A stretch of DNA of 64,000 nucleotides from Antedon mediterranea (Eukaryota; Animalia; Echinodermata), in the NCBI RefSeq assembly GCF_964355755.1, contig NC_092678.1, positions 14,844,371-14,908,370 of the forward strand. Direction: 5' to 3'. Within the stretch, counting starts at the first letter, position 1. Each line of letters begins with the position of its first letter. This document shows positions 11,759 through 25,800 of this stretch, piece after piece. A program made the translations under genes and the position numbers. Below the pieces are notes generated by a model, which was not told the origin of the DNA, searched no databases, and worked only from the letters and a program-made list of their open reading frames with translations.

Positions 11759-14336
11759 ACTGTAAGTGTCCTTATCATATTTTTCAATGTACCGTGAAAT
11801 CTTTCAACAAGCCCATTGCTTTGGGGGTGGTACACTGTAGTCTTTAATTGATTAATCCCCAACATACTACATATAGATTGCATAATTGAAGACATGAAAT
11901 TAGTTCCTTGATCATGTACAATCTCTTCGGGTAATCCTACTCTAGTAAAGACTTCTATTAGAGCCCTGGCTACTGTTTCAGCTCTAACATTGGGTAACGG
12001 GATAGCATCCGGATATCTCGTAGCATAGTCAATTATAGTAAGCATATATTTGTTATTACGGCTTGTTCTAGATAAGGGTCCAACAATGTCTATCGCTATA
12101 CGTTTAAATGGTGTACTTATAATCGGTAATGGTATCAAAGTATGTTTCCTTTTACTTTTACCCTTATCTACCTTTTGGCATTCCTTACAGACTTTACAAT
12201 AGACTACCACATCTTTAAATATACCTGGCCAATAGAATTGGTTCAGGACCCTACTTTTAGTTTTCTCAACACCCATGTGACCTGCAAATGGCACATTATG
12301 ACCTAAGTGTAATACACCCTGTCTACACTGAGTGGGTAATACAATCTGTTCCACTTGGTTATTCTTATCTTTAATACTACTCCAATTTCTCATCAATATA
12401 CCTTGTCTCATAAAGAAACATACCCTATGCTGACCTATTTCTTCTATAGGGACTACCCTGTCAAACACTCCTTTGAGTGAGTCATCCTTAGTTTGCAATT
12501 TGATCAGTTCTTGTTTAGTTAGGTTCAGCTTGTGCTGTTGTTCATAAGTTTTATGTTTGACTGTTTTATCTTTAGCTTTATCCTCATTTTCGTCAAACAA
12601 ATTATTCATTTCTGTTCCATTCATATCATCTAAACACTTAGTTTTATTTACTTTGTTGTAATTTACTACTGTTTTCAACAATTGTACATTAGTTTCTTTA
12701 GGCGGCTCTTCTATCGGCTTAAAGTTACTATCTTTCCCTAACAATATCATTTCGTCTTGTATTCTAACATCATTTTCTATTCTGGCTTGCTCCCTAGTTA
12801 GGACGAACATTTCTTTAGCCATTATTTCCCCACAATTCTGGTCCAAATCATGACCCAACAACATGTCCCTCTGTAATCCTTCGATTACGGCTACAATCAC
12901 TTTTCCTGTCACTATCTTACTTTCTATAGCTACCTCAGCTAAGGGGACGGTAATATCGCCTCCTATACCTCTTAACGTAACCCATTTTCCTGGCAAGTAA
13001 CATTTGTTAGGCACTAGACTTTCCTTAACAGCTGACTGGGTACATCCCGAGTCTCTAAGCATAGTTATATCCTGTCCTTCTAATTTTCCTGGTATTGTAC
13101 ATTTCTCCATTTTATTTTCTACACTATCTATAACTACTTGGGGTCTATCTGATTTTAGTTCTTCACATCTTAAGCCATCTTTCACATTCGGGCCCTTCTT
13201 AGTGTCACTAGTCTTTCCTTTTGCTACCATCTTAGGACAATCCCCTATTTTATGTCCCTTCTCCTTACAATTGAAGCATAGGCCATTAATCCATTCATTT
13301 GAAGGTTCTCTCTGTTGGAAATTTCTACCATAGTTATGGAATTTGCCTCCCCTTCCGCGATACCTATTGTATCCTTGCTGCCTAGCTCCAGGGTTATTCT
13401 GAGTCGTACTATTCTTAGGTTTACTATTTTCTTGGCCCTTATAATACGTAGGCTTATTTTCAGAATTTACGGCATTCCAATAGCCACGGCCACCTCTATT
13501 AGCTATATAATCATCGGCTATCATAGCCATATCATAGCTCTTATTTACTTGTTTATCTCTAAGATAAAGCCTCAGATCTTCAGGCATTTTATCAAGTGCC
13601 TGTTCCATTATAATCATTTCAATAATGCCTGCAGCATCATCTTCTTTTACATTAGCACATTTCATCCAACATTTTAAATAATGGGAGAGCTCATTCAGCC
13701 ATTCCCTGATGGACATATCTTTAACTCTGTTTGAATTTCTAAATTTAAATCTGTAGGTCTCTGCGGACACATCATACTTTTCTAAGATTGCCTTCTTTAA
13801 GGTATCATAATCTACACATTCTTTTACGGTTAAGGATGCATATGCTGTCCTAGCTTTACCAGACAGTTCAGGTGCTAACCTAGCGGACCACGTATTCTTA
13901 TCCCAACCTGTGGCTTCTGCCAAGTGTTCAAATGTTCTAAAATATATATCAATATCATCTGATTCCTTCAAAGTAGGAACCTTTACCTTCATTTCATCTA
14001 CTATATTCCTAGCATTACTGTAGCTAGACCTATTTTCTAATTTCATCATTTTCACTCTTTCTTAACTTGTGATTCAATTTTTCTTTGCTCTATATCTGCT
14101 TCTAATCTTAATTGGTATTCTAACTTTTTGTTTTCGGCCTCGAACTTCATTCGAAAATATTCGAGCATCATATCTTTAGGCATACCGCCGGGTATTTCGG
14201 GCAAATCAATATCCCTAGCCATTTTATCATATATTTCATTGACTTGGTCAACCTCTTCTTGGTCAACCATATCTTCCCTAGTATCTTTGTCTGACATAGT
14301 CTTATCTATATTTTTACCCGATCTTAAAGTTGTCAT
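11759..14336 (-). pseudogene. Gypsy gag (SCAN-like capsid region, CCHC knuckle)-protease-integrase polyprotein; frameshift near 14055, interrupted at 11759
   Basis: CFNCKEKGHKIGDC; LRDSGC protease motif; H-H-C-C zinc finger (GHNVPFAGHMG...CKVCKEC); IAIDIVGP, IVHDQGTNF, YHPQSNGLVERF integrase core. Confidence 0.9.
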
Positions 14337-14870
14337 GCTAATAACAATTTTACTAATGAAATATGTAAACTTATGTATACAAAATATGTTATAAAAGTAT
14401 TTGTATTACCTTGATTCCATTCAGATATGTAAAAATATGAAATCCACATAAATTTTTAAATGCAATACAATATAAGACATTAATTTACTTCAAAGTCACA
14501 AACAACGTTCCAAGTTCGCTCCGTACAAAAATTTACTTTCGAAATAAAAAATAGTTTACAAAGTCAGCTTTGCAAATCTTCTCAAAATTTACTGGGCTTC
14601 CTTCTGTTACTTCAGTCTTCTTCTTTCAGATCTCGGTGAATATATACAGTATCTCCGATGAATACCCAGCAGTCTTGAGCTCAACAGTACTTCTTCTTCG
14701 TTGTAATATCCAAACAACGCACGGTATAAAAACTGTCAGGAATCCAGATCTTCGTAACCATTTAACTTTTTGGTTACTGATTTAACAGGCCCGTAGAGTA
14801 GGCACTGTCACTTCTTCTTTTTCTTCTTCTTCTTGATACTTAAATCATGTATCTTAAACAAAAATTTTCA

Positions 14871-14882
14871 CCGCTGCCACCA
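14871..14882 (-). promoter_or_regulatory. Primer-binding site TGGTGGCAGCGG
   Basis: Begins with TGG immediately 3' of the LTR terminal CA. Confidence 0.75.
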
Positions 14883-16828
14883 TGTAGTGAATTTATCTTA
14901 GTTGGTTCCGAGCTTTCTCAGGCGTATATATAACTCCACGCGACGTACACTGTCACTGAATGATAACTCATACAAAAAGTATATTTAACTCAACTAGAAC
15001 TTTTATTCCTTGTAATTCGATTAACTAGATGGCACGCTCGCTTCGCTCGCGTACCATCTAGGTCGTGCCCACAGATGGTTCTCGAATACACAGTATTTCC
15101 AGCGAGAAAAAAATGGAGATTTCAAATGTACGTACCGCAGGACTATAATACATTGTCGTTTACAGAAACGAATAAATATACACAATGATTTATGTAGTCA
15201 ACCAAAATTAGCACCCTGGGAATTACTTCCGAGAGAGAAACAAAATGAGTCAAATTTTTTTATTTGGACTCATTTAAACAAACCCAATTTGTGTTTTGTA
15301 TGTAACATTAAGGGTTGAGGGATGGGGGAAGAAGATAGGTACAAAGAGGAAACATTTTAAAATATATTCTTATCCACTCAGTAACGAAATATTGTTTTTA
15401 ATGTTTTATAGGCCTATAAATAATATACCACTAAATACAGTAAAACATTTACGATTTAATACGGTACTTTGTTAAAACTCTCACTGTCATAGTCGATTGA
15501 AATAGTAAAGTACATGTAACGATACACCACTATGACGTTTATATATTTTTAAATTATTAATTAATACAAACGTTGAGAAGCAACTGTCAGTAATAACGTT
15601 TATTTATTTGTATATTATATGTTTATAATCTAACAGTAGAACCTACCCACACTCACAGTAATAAAGTTTATTTGTATATATTTTTATATTACATCTAACA
15701 GTACCAACACTCACAGTAAGAAATTTGCGATTCAAATTGCGATCAAAAGTGGTTAATACCTTAACAGTATCGTACAGCATTGCAATACTATTTATGTTTA
15801 TTCTCCAAGGGGGCCCATAAATCTAAATCTATACCTCTATGGTTAAACCAAATAATTTGGAATGTTTATTTGTATATTATATGTTTATAATCTAACAGTA
15901 GGGCCTACCCACACTCACAGTAATAAAGTTTATTTGTATATATTTTTATATTACATCTAACAGTACCAACACTCACAGTAAGAAATTTGCGATTCAAATT
16001 GCGATCAAAAGTGGTTAATACCTTAACAGTATTGTACAGCATTGCAATACTATTTATGTTTATTCTCCAAGGGGGCCCATAAATCTAAATCTATACCTGT
16101 ATGGTTAAACCAAATAATTTGGAATGTTCCATTCATCACAAATCAATACATTTGTAAAAACGTATATTAAATGTATCAAAATAGTATTTTTTAAAGAAAA
16201 TCGGCCTGTCTTCAACATTATGATGCTGTACTCGAACTGTTCAACCGGTTTTCAGCTATTAAAAACAATTATCGTAGGAGGAGATAGGAAAATGCGAAGC
16301 CTCCTCGCATTTTTGTGGCGGGTATTTTTCAAGATGGACATCCATTAGACAGTGTATACCACGATCGGAAAACACCCCTATTTGGGGCAAATCGTTGAAC
16401 CTAAATTCGTTTTAATCGTCAATAACTAATTATCTAACTTAATTTAATTAGTAAACAGGGTTACATCAGGTGGTTAAAATCAGTACCGAAAGTACGAACC
16501 AACTTTATATACCATCGAGTAAAAATTCTAGAAGTAAGGCACGATTTACCGAATTTTGCCCTTACGTAAATTTATATATAGATACATCTTTCTACCACTA
16601 CCAGTCAAGCCTTAATATTTTCCTTATCATCTTTCCGTTTATCTACTCTGATCTTATTCTCTCTTCTCTTCTAATCTCTATTACATTCCACTTTTATACT
16701 GGATATGCACATTTTAGGCTTCAGAGGAGGATAACATTTTCCCTCCAAAAATTATACAATTTTGATTGGCTAATAATAAGGCGGACCTGGTCTAAAGCAT
16801 CCTTCTCTAAACACAGAGAATCACAACA
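14883..16828 (-). repeat. 5' LTR of the Gypsy element, interrupted by a HINE-like insertion
   Basis: TG...CA ends with short inverted termini (tgtagtga / tcacaaca); abuts the PBS on one side and a Kolobok exon on the other. Confidence 0.75.
15023..16583. mobile_element. Helentron/HINE-like non-autonomous element inside the LTR
   Basis: AACTAG end with hairpin ctagatggcacgc...gcgtaccatctag; subterminal inverted repeat tcgtgcc / ggcacga; other end TATATAGAT; internal ~265-bp tandem duplication (~15598-16127). Confidence 0.65.
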
Positions 16829-19800
16829 TTTATATTATGACAGCTGGCTTTTATGCATTTTTTCTTTATTCCTGAATATATATAAAAAAAACAAAATTAC
16901 AGTAAGACGAAAAAAGTCGTACCTTTTTACATCATTTGACATACATTGATTCCTTTTATTTGTGGTAATTTGAGTAAAATAACTATTAAGACATATTACT
17001 TACCCTTGGCAATGTGCCATGCATCAAAGTAATGAATGATGGTTGTGGATTTTAAAAATGCTGCAATACTACTATGGCGATCCGAGACAAGACGCTTGAT
17101 TGTAACACCATAGCCTTGCAGAACAGACAGCGTTCGTTTCAGCCCTTCTAACTCCATAGCTGGTGAATTGGGGCATTCGTCTTTCTATAATAAAAATATT
17201 TAAGTAACAAATTATAAATTATTTATTTTCAAAGCATGTCTAGTTTATGGTGTACTGTATTAGTAAAATTTGTATATAAATGACTTTAAAATTTGTAAGA
17301 AATTGCTGAAAAATGTATGGGTAAAAATGTTGAATAATGAACAAAAATAACATAGATTCTAATAAAGATAAGGGTTAATATAATGTTGCGATATATTTAG
17401 GATTTTTATTTTGAATTTTATATCTGAATTATTATTTTTACCTGTATAACTGTTTACAATTTATTAATTTATAAATTGGACCTATAGCCTTGATGTGCTA
17501 TATATAAAAAACAAATGAAAAAAAAAAAAATACCTGCACAACTTCTACGTGAATAACTTTCTGAGTGTCTGTATCGATAGTTGTGTAGGTACCGAACTTA
17601 GCTGTGAAACCGGGGCTGTCACAACGCATATCGCAAGATACATTCATTTCACTTTTAAAGTGTTTCTCTCTTTGAGCCGCAAATATACACGAAGTGGCTG
17701 GCAGCAAATACCTAAATAATATATTGAAGATAATATTCAGTTAACTATGTCACATATTTAAAAAGAATACACCACTACTCGGTAATATTTTTGTACAGTA
17801 AAATACTTTGTTTGAAGATAAAAATTCAGATAGCAACATATAATTTGTTAACATCAATAGACACCCATTTTTTTCCAAAATTAGATTGCTACATAGACAT
17901 TATTGAAATGTTGAACTTACCATTTTTGATGATAAAAAAATGTCCGATCACTAAAAACAGCGATGTTAATAAATCGGAGTGCCCTCAAAAATGTGGTAAT
18001 ACAACATCCTACAAATTTAAATAAAAGAATTCTTTGTCAATACGATTGAAGTATGTTTTGATTATAAAAAAAAATTATCAAAATAGATTGAATTACAAAA
18101 AAATATTTTTGAAAGTCTTACCCGATACCAAGATTGCAGCGGACAACAAAATGTTGAATAGGAACATATTTGCACTTTTTGGTTGGTTTGACCATTCAAA
18201 AACATGTCTACATGCTCTGTTTGTGCAAGTGGCCATCACCTCCACTGCCGTTCCACATTCTCTTATAATTTTTTTGTCGGCTTGACTTCCACATTCACGA
18301 CATCTGTCGAACAATGTCAGAAGCTCATCCTGACCTACAATATATTTCCTCTGTCCACGAACAGTCTCTCCAGATTCTATGTTATCAGTGCTACAAAAAA
18401 GAAATGTTTGTTTAATAATATAAATGTACAGTATATATTTATTTATATATATCCAAAAAGCTACCACTATAAAAGGTGGTTATTAGGTTTATAAACATCA
18501 CTCAATAAGTTTGCTCAACTTACAGTGATTCTTCATCAGATGATCCTTCATGAGGGATGTAATTTGGATCCGCATCATCATGGTCACTGTCACTGTCCGC
18601 TTCTTTGTATAAATGTATGCCACGTTTATCCCCGTCTTCATTACTGCTTCCCCCAGTTTCTTCGGAACTTGAGGAAACCGAATAAATAAGTTATATAATT
18701 ATAAATTTATATTTATTTTGTGTGTTACCGCTGCGTCGTCTGTTTTTGGTACCATGAAATATGAAAAAGATAATTTAAAAAAAAGGAGTAACGGTGGGGT
18801 TTATGTTCCCTAATAAACTTGCTTAAGTACATGCTCTAAAAAAAAACAAATTATTTGATAAAAATATAAGTAAATGGTATGGTGTTTGTACTGTGTATAA
18901 TTGTTATGATGTAATCATCATGCAAAATAGTTTGCAATAGAAATATGGAAATGATAAACGTCTACTGAACTGCATGCTATTCATGAAAAAAAAGATGGAA
19001 ATTAACAGTAAAATCATGCAAAACAGATCAGAACATGGCTTCAAAAAAAAAATTAACTCCACAAAAACATGCATGAACAAGAACTGATCATTTTAACATG
19101 ACTAAATATTTCTGTATTATTACATAACCAACAAAACAATGACTTTGTTTATTTTTCAACATCTAAATACTATACCTGCTGACTGTGGACACTGTCCTTG
19201 GGCCTGGATTAAAAGTACAACATATCTAGTGACCAGATTATTTTTACTCACCAACATCTGAATTTAATTACTTTATACACAAAGTAGACAACTAATGATT
19301 TCAATTAATGGCTTTAACACACAGAGATTAAAATATTAACAGGTAAACTATTTAAAATATTTCATCATCCATATAATTAATAATAAAAGGTAGACTACAA
19401 CAATTTTGACTAAGGCATTCAATGCGTTATCACATTTTAAAACTGGGACAGGTATAAAAAAAAAATACATACCGATGATGTACCAGGCAATTCTTCTTCA
19501 ATCAGAATCTGAAATCAAATATAAAATGAAAAGTAAGAATACATACGTTGGAAACTTTCCATTCTTTGGTTGGTAACAAAGCTCCTTGATGATAACAAAA
19601 CAGAACTACACAGTATCCAGGTCTAGACTAGGCCAAGCTTCCATGGAGGTACCTCCATGGCTTACCTGGGTATTCTTAGCAATAAGAATTACTAAAATTA
19701 TCAACTGGTGTGACCTAAAAAAATTGTCATACAATTTTATAAATAAACTTTTAAATGTTTTTGTTAAAACTAACATACCAAGCCTGGGGGAACATTCCTT

Positions 19801-22309
19801 GATGATGATGAGGAAACACTAATTGATTAAGGATGTGGGTTTTAGGCCAGTGAAAAAAGAGTACTTAGAGATAGGAAGAAACCACTAGGAATGTTAATAG
19901 ATGGAGTAGGGAGAAATAGTGATTGAAGGGTTGTTGACCTGATGGTCAGAGTGTTACACCAGGACAACTCCCTGGTTACACTAGGCCTAATAGTAATAAT
20001 AGGCCTATGTATAATGGTTCACCAACGAGGACCTATAATAGTTACCTAGATAGTCTGGGCCTCTGGGCCCACAGATTTAAAAGGAAATATTTTAATTTAA
20101 ATATTTTATTATTATTTTCATAAACTAAATCGAACGATTATGATAGTATAATCAGGCTAGGCCTAGATTTGAACGACAACGTTACGTACGTAGGCAACCG
20201 TCCACGCAGGGGATTTTAATTTATAAAAATATTTCTTACCCTTTCAACCTCGCGTCTTCGACACGCCGCAGTCCGAGGCCGCACTTTCCGTTTTTTGGGT
20301 TGGGGTGGTAGGCCTTCTTCCTCACTTACCGGAGCTTTTATGGTGGGGTAAGCATCCGTTTTTAGTCTCGGCTTTACCACCACCCCCGTCTTCTTCATTT
20401 CAGAAATATGGAAAAAATTGTCGATGTCCGCGTTTAAAAAATGGGCGCTACATATTCTGTTAGTCCGCTTCCACACATACCCCTTTCTAGTTAACTTAAC
20501 AAATTCAGTCCATTTATTAAACGTTTCACTGCGTTTTAACTTGTCGGGGAATAAAAAAAAAGAAACATTTGGGTGTGTTGATCCAGTCCGGTTACATCCA
20601 CCGATACAACAAGCACTCGGCATCTTGCGAAAATAATGATGGTGAGATTGTGTCGCACATGTTGTTTTCGTCGTCATGCATGAAACGTCAAGCTCGCTGT
20701 GTCTCTGTCAAAGTGCATAAAATCAACCAATCACGATTCACTGGGTTGAAAAAGAGTAACCAATCACATAACAACGGCTGCCGTGGCTACTACCGCGGGT
20801 ATTTCAAATCAGCTAAGCGATCGAACGTGTGTTTAGAGCGATCGTGAAAACCAATATGGCGTGCAAGTCGGCGACGAAATTTGAGAGCCCCCCAATAAAA
20901 CGACTGACCAGAGGTCATGGTTAATTGTCACAGTCTATTCGTCCTTGTATAGAGGTCAAGTTCAAGTGTCAATTGACACAAGTCTTTTTTCCCATCATGT
21001 TCAGAGTTCAAGTAATTAACCTTATAATTATTAACCCTAGTTTAAAAATAAAATATCCTCTTTTGTAGATTTGTAACCCTTATTGAGTTTGAGCACATTT
21101 GTTAGGTACTGGTACTTAATTAATTTGGGTGGCTCATTAATTGACCTTTTAATGTTGCACGGAACTCTCCCTGTAACCCTAATAAGTAATAAACATTTAG
21201 TTATAGTCTCTCTTTATCTATATTTGTGACGTCAGTATACAGAGAAATATATTACCTTAACCACTAAAGATATGTTATTAATGTAAGAAAGTTATTTTTT
21301 GTTATTGAATACGTATACAGGTCGAATAATAAATGAATTTTAACACAATAAGTGACTATAAACTTATAAAATGGTAACATTTAATTTTTTTCCGGTCTTG
21401 ATCATTTTTCCCCGGTCTGGACCATTTACTCCAAGTCTTGAACAATTCCCCTTGACCATAACTCAAGTTTTAAACAACTTTTATTATTAGAAAACCCTGT
21501 TCCTAAATAGTTTCCAGGCTACTTGTATTTAAACATTGTATCAGAGAGTTGAAAAATAAGTTCCCTTAACATGTTATGCGATGTGGTCATCATAAGTGTG
21601 TAGACCACATTGCTACATTACTAACAAGGATGTCCCAAGCCGTGGAAACAGAAAAGAAGAACAGACGACCGTGTCCACTTTTCAATGTTCAGATGATTTT
21701 CGGTCGATTTTGATGCATGGAAGAGATTATTTTGTGGGTTAGGTTCAGCTTATTTATAGGTATTGATTTTGTAAGAGTTAGTAGGCAGTTTGTTTGTTTT
21801 GGTTTTTTTTTTTCATTATTGACCCTTTCTGATAACCGTAGAAACACGTCCAAAAACACATCGTTCGAATTCTCTTTGGAGAAAGTATCATACAAATGGG
21901 TTTGTTTATTCTTATTTTTGGTAATTAAGTGGTTTTTTTTTATATTATCTTTTATTTATTATTATTATTATTATTTTTATAGGAACTTGTTCTATGTAGT
22001 ACAAAGCGAGGAATTAACAAAGCATGGGACTTCATCGACTGACTAGTAGGCATTTGATGACCTTGCTGGAACGAATTGTTTGGTGACGTAAGATAAATAA
22101 AACATTTAAACAAGGAAGAGGAGAGATTACAATATTTATATTGGATACGATAAAATAAAATTACAGTCACCACTACGTATGTCTTTTGTTGTTGTTGTTA
22201 TCGTCATCGTCTATGTCAATATTAAGAAACAGACAAGTATATATAAACAAGCACAGTGCTTAAATTTATTTCAAATTTCGCATAAAACAAAAAAACTATT
22301 ACTTTACAA

Positions 22310-22750
22310 AAAGATATTTGTTTAATCTACAAAATATGAAACGGTATCGACATAAGAATTCAAATGGAAAAATATTTAAATTAAAATTACAAAAATATTG
22401 CTTAATCTACAAAAATCGACTTAATAAGTATAAAATGTATTAACATTAAAACAGTTATAACAATATTTACTTAATCTACAAAATGAGAAACGGTATCGAC
22501 ATAAGAATTCAAGTGGAAAAATAGTTCAATTAAAATTACAAAATATATTTACTTAATCTACAAAAAGAGAAACGGTATCGACATAAGAATTCAAGTGGAA
22601 AAATATTTAAATTAAAATTACGAAATATAATTATTTACTTTATCTACAAAATCGACTTTATAAAACAGGTATAAAAATTATTTATATTAAAACAGGTATA
22701 AATATATTTACATTAAAACTACAATTATATTTTGCTTAAACTACGAAAAG
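22310..22750. repeat. Imperfect AT-rich tandem repeats (~80-bp units) downstream of the polymerase
   Basis: Recurrent atttacttaatctacaaaa and gaaacggtatcgacataagaattcaa. Confidence 0.75.
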
Positions 22751-22849
22751 GGTGGAACGGTAACAAATTTATAAAGAGTAACAAAACATTATCTATAACA
22801 AAATTTGTTTACATTTTTAAAAAGAAATTTATTGCATTGATTCACCAAA

Positions 22850-25800
22850 CATAACCGTAAGGAACTGTGCGATAATTTTCGATAATAATTCTTTTGTCGT
22901 ACACGATTCGATAGTCTTTAGTCGATGTTTCGTTGACTATCTTTCATGTTCTTGGCTTGCGCGTTATGCGATTCTTCTCAACCGTCCTAATTGTATCGGG
23001 GCCAACACCCCTTACCATATTGGAGAGGGTGTCAAAATTAATTTTCTGAGCGTTTGTAAAGTTAAGGTTAAGTTTAACTTTACAAACGGTCTTCCCCGTA
23101 TCCAATTTATAGGCGTAGTTCTTTTGCCCCCCAGAAACGAAGGACTCGATGAATTTACCATCTTTAGGATCGACCTCGGTCGTTAACTGACCCAAATAAT
23201 CGCCCAGGGGAGGGTCCCAAACGCCGGGTTTTGATACGTAGATTACGCTGTCGGTATCGTAATACAGGACGCGCTCCTGTAATTGCTCCAACAGTTCGTA
23301 CAATTTTAAACGCGCTAACGCTGTGGTAAATGCGGAAATGACAACGTTAACCTTTCGGTTAACTGCAGCAAATTGTTCCTCGTCCTCGTATTTTACCTCC
23401 GCCAGATCATCATTAACAAAATTTATGTCATGAACGGTTATCCCAGGGTTCGATAAAATATCGTAAACCTCGTTAGGATCTTGCGTATATTTAATTCTCG
23501 TGAGATTTTCACGCTGGCCAAATTTACCCCAAAGACTATTTAGCATTAATTTGGCCAGAGATCGAAGCCCAGGATTGTACGCAATGTCGTCATGATTATG
23601 GTCGATACCTTCTACGGTTCGATAGTCCGAAATGTATTTTTGTTTATCTTCGGGCGTTTTACACCATTCAGGCCAACCCGAAGCTTCTTGTTTCAATTTT
23701 AAAAACGTGTTAATGTAAGAGGCAAATAGACCGGACGAGGGAGAATCTGCAGAGAGTGAGAATGGTTAACGGTTGTTAGATACCCTGATGGTGGAAATAG
23801 AGCGATGGTGGATGGTTTTAAAACATTTCTAGAAAATACGTGGTTACACGCTGAGGCAATTGTCATTAAATTATTTGAAAAGAGGTCAGCACCGCCGAGT
23901 AGAGGGTTTTTCTGCGATATAGTTACTTTCAAAAAAAGATGTCTAAAAGTAAGACAACACTTTCTGAGAATATCTACATCGCTGATACAATACTCAACGA
24001 GTTCTTTTTGAAGATCAAATACTTGACTACTTTCAATTTTCTGGTTGTACCATTTAAAGAAAGATTCTCGACATGAAGTAGTCATTTTATCGGGGGAATA
24101 ATTTGAAGAATCGGGGTAAGGACCTACGTAATTTTGATTATCTACAGAATTGAAATAATGAGGAAAGTAACCCTTTTAAAGTTCGGAGATGGCAAAAGTT
24201 TTGGGCAATTTGGATAGAGGCATGGGCAGAAATGAAAGGGAATCGATGAATCGAATGTTCGTTTCTTTAGTCCTAATCGAAATAAGTTTACCACCGCGAG
24301 CAATTACATCCGGTACAATGGAGTTTTTGTACAGGTAGTTGAGCACGAAGTAGCTATCATAACCCTGGAAGTTGTGAGCGATACACGTAATATTATCGTT
24401 ATATTTGTAATCTTTGAATACGTAATTGCAGAAATCTACGCATGCAGACCCCCCGTGAAAACCCATTGATTTCTCCCCATACACGTCACAATCGGCGGAA
24501 TCATTAGCACCGTCGATACAATTAAGACAAGTTTTTTGAAGAACGCATAAATTTGGTTTGTGTTCGCCTGTATCTTGCGTGCATTCGAAATCAAAAAAGA
24601 AATATTTAGTGACAGCTCTGTTACGGGCCTCCTGATTCTTTTTTTCAGTATGCTTAGGGGCTACAACCGGTTCCATGTAGCATTGATGATCGTATGAAAC
24701 GAAAGTCCGACAAATTCTACAAAAATGGTTTTGACAATTGTGATCTTTTTGAACGATCCTATTACAAGTTGAACAATTTTTAATTTTGTCACATACTGAA
24801 ACTTTTTTAGAATCAGGAGATTTTTTATGATTGGTGAAACATTGCGTATCCTTAAAAAATCTATTACATTCTTTACACTCTATTCTACTCTCTCTATTTA
24901 CAAAAGAATTAGAAGAGGGGCAGTCGTTGTGCTTGCACAGCACGCACGTAAATTGACAATTGTGTTGGTACTTGTGATTATACCCCTTAAAACACCTATC
25001 GCAGAAATAATCAATTTTTAGAAAACCTGTCATTGTGGTTATGAGATCGTAATGATTAGAATGATGATAAAGATATATCTGCTTTTTTCGAAAATCGCCG
25101 CTAAAATGACTAAAAATTTAAATTGTCTTTTGAAATGACAATAATTTGATAATTTGGTAATTTTGATTGCATCTTTTTTATTTCCTCGATGCCGCAAGTA
25201 TGCTCCCTAACCCCCGAATCTCTAAGTAAATGAAGGGCGGCTATTTTTTGCTGACCCCTACCTTCTCTAAAGTTATTCCATCTAACCACGTTGTTAATTT
25301 TGTCTTCGAGCATGGAAATAACCGTAACAATTGCGCGTGCGCAGCAGATGGTTTCGTTATCATCATTCTTAATCTTAATTATACTTTGAGTGTTAAGCAG
25401 TATGTCGATACCGTTTCTTCTAATACCCCCTCCCCTAGGCATTCTCATATGGAGAACGTTAAATTTAAACTTGTTATTAAGACAATGTTAATAAAAAATA
25501 TCCGTTTTGGACTGAAGGACCTTCATAATGGCTGCAAAAATAACGTCAGCCGTAAGATGGCCCCTCCGTCCAAAAGGGATAGAGATAGGTGAATCTAACC
25601 CCTCAGCCTGTATGACTATTCGAAGCATGTCGTCGACATGCACGTTAATGCAGAGATTATCGACGACATGCTCGAAAATTCGATACAGTGTGGGCAGAAA
25701 CACCTCTAAACTTAAATGATCAATATTAAAAAAATTAACTAAAAAATCGCTAATAGTCGCGTTAAAACGTTGGTTAAACCTATCAGCTAATTGAACGATT

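Larger units (their letters stand above)
2913..16828 (-). mobile_element. Gypsy LTR retrotransposon of Gmr1 type (gag-PR-INT order), 3'-truncated, with nested insertions
   Basis: 5' LTR TGTTGTG...CACTACA (16828-14883), PBS TGGTGGCAGCGG, gag/CCHC/protease/integrase ORF; integrase continues at 3321-2913; no RT or 3' LTR. Confidence 0.85.
2017..20623 (-). pseudogene. Kolobok-type THAP-DDE transposase, multi-exon, disrupted by the Gypsy insertion and a deletion
   Basis: THAP exon 20623-20240 (CCIGGC...W...RICSAHF...AYPTI); exons encoding CDMRCDSPGFTAKFGTYT (~17710-17533), MELEGL...SDRH...FDAWHIAK (~17184-17004), GIKKKCIKAS (~16873-16829), NHIRGIH...KCLHG (~2912-2798), QLSPTIQT...ESFH...FAPK (~2717-2546), RTYLAALHCNEN (~2395-2250). 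Confidence 0.8.
1..21180. mobile_element. Kolobok-like DNA transposon (outermost element of the nest); left end probably outside the window, right end only approximate
   Basis: Convergent KolX-like and THAP-transposase genes; possible degenerate Kolobok-type end near 21140-21176 (gacctttTAA or ctccctgtaa), but no partner TIR visible. Confidence 0.6.

Noticed and set aside
20240-20623. Stand-alone host THAP gene or P-element transposase
   Set aside because: Downstream exons give Kolobok-type motifs (DxRCDSPG, DRH, DxWH, LAALHxNEN)
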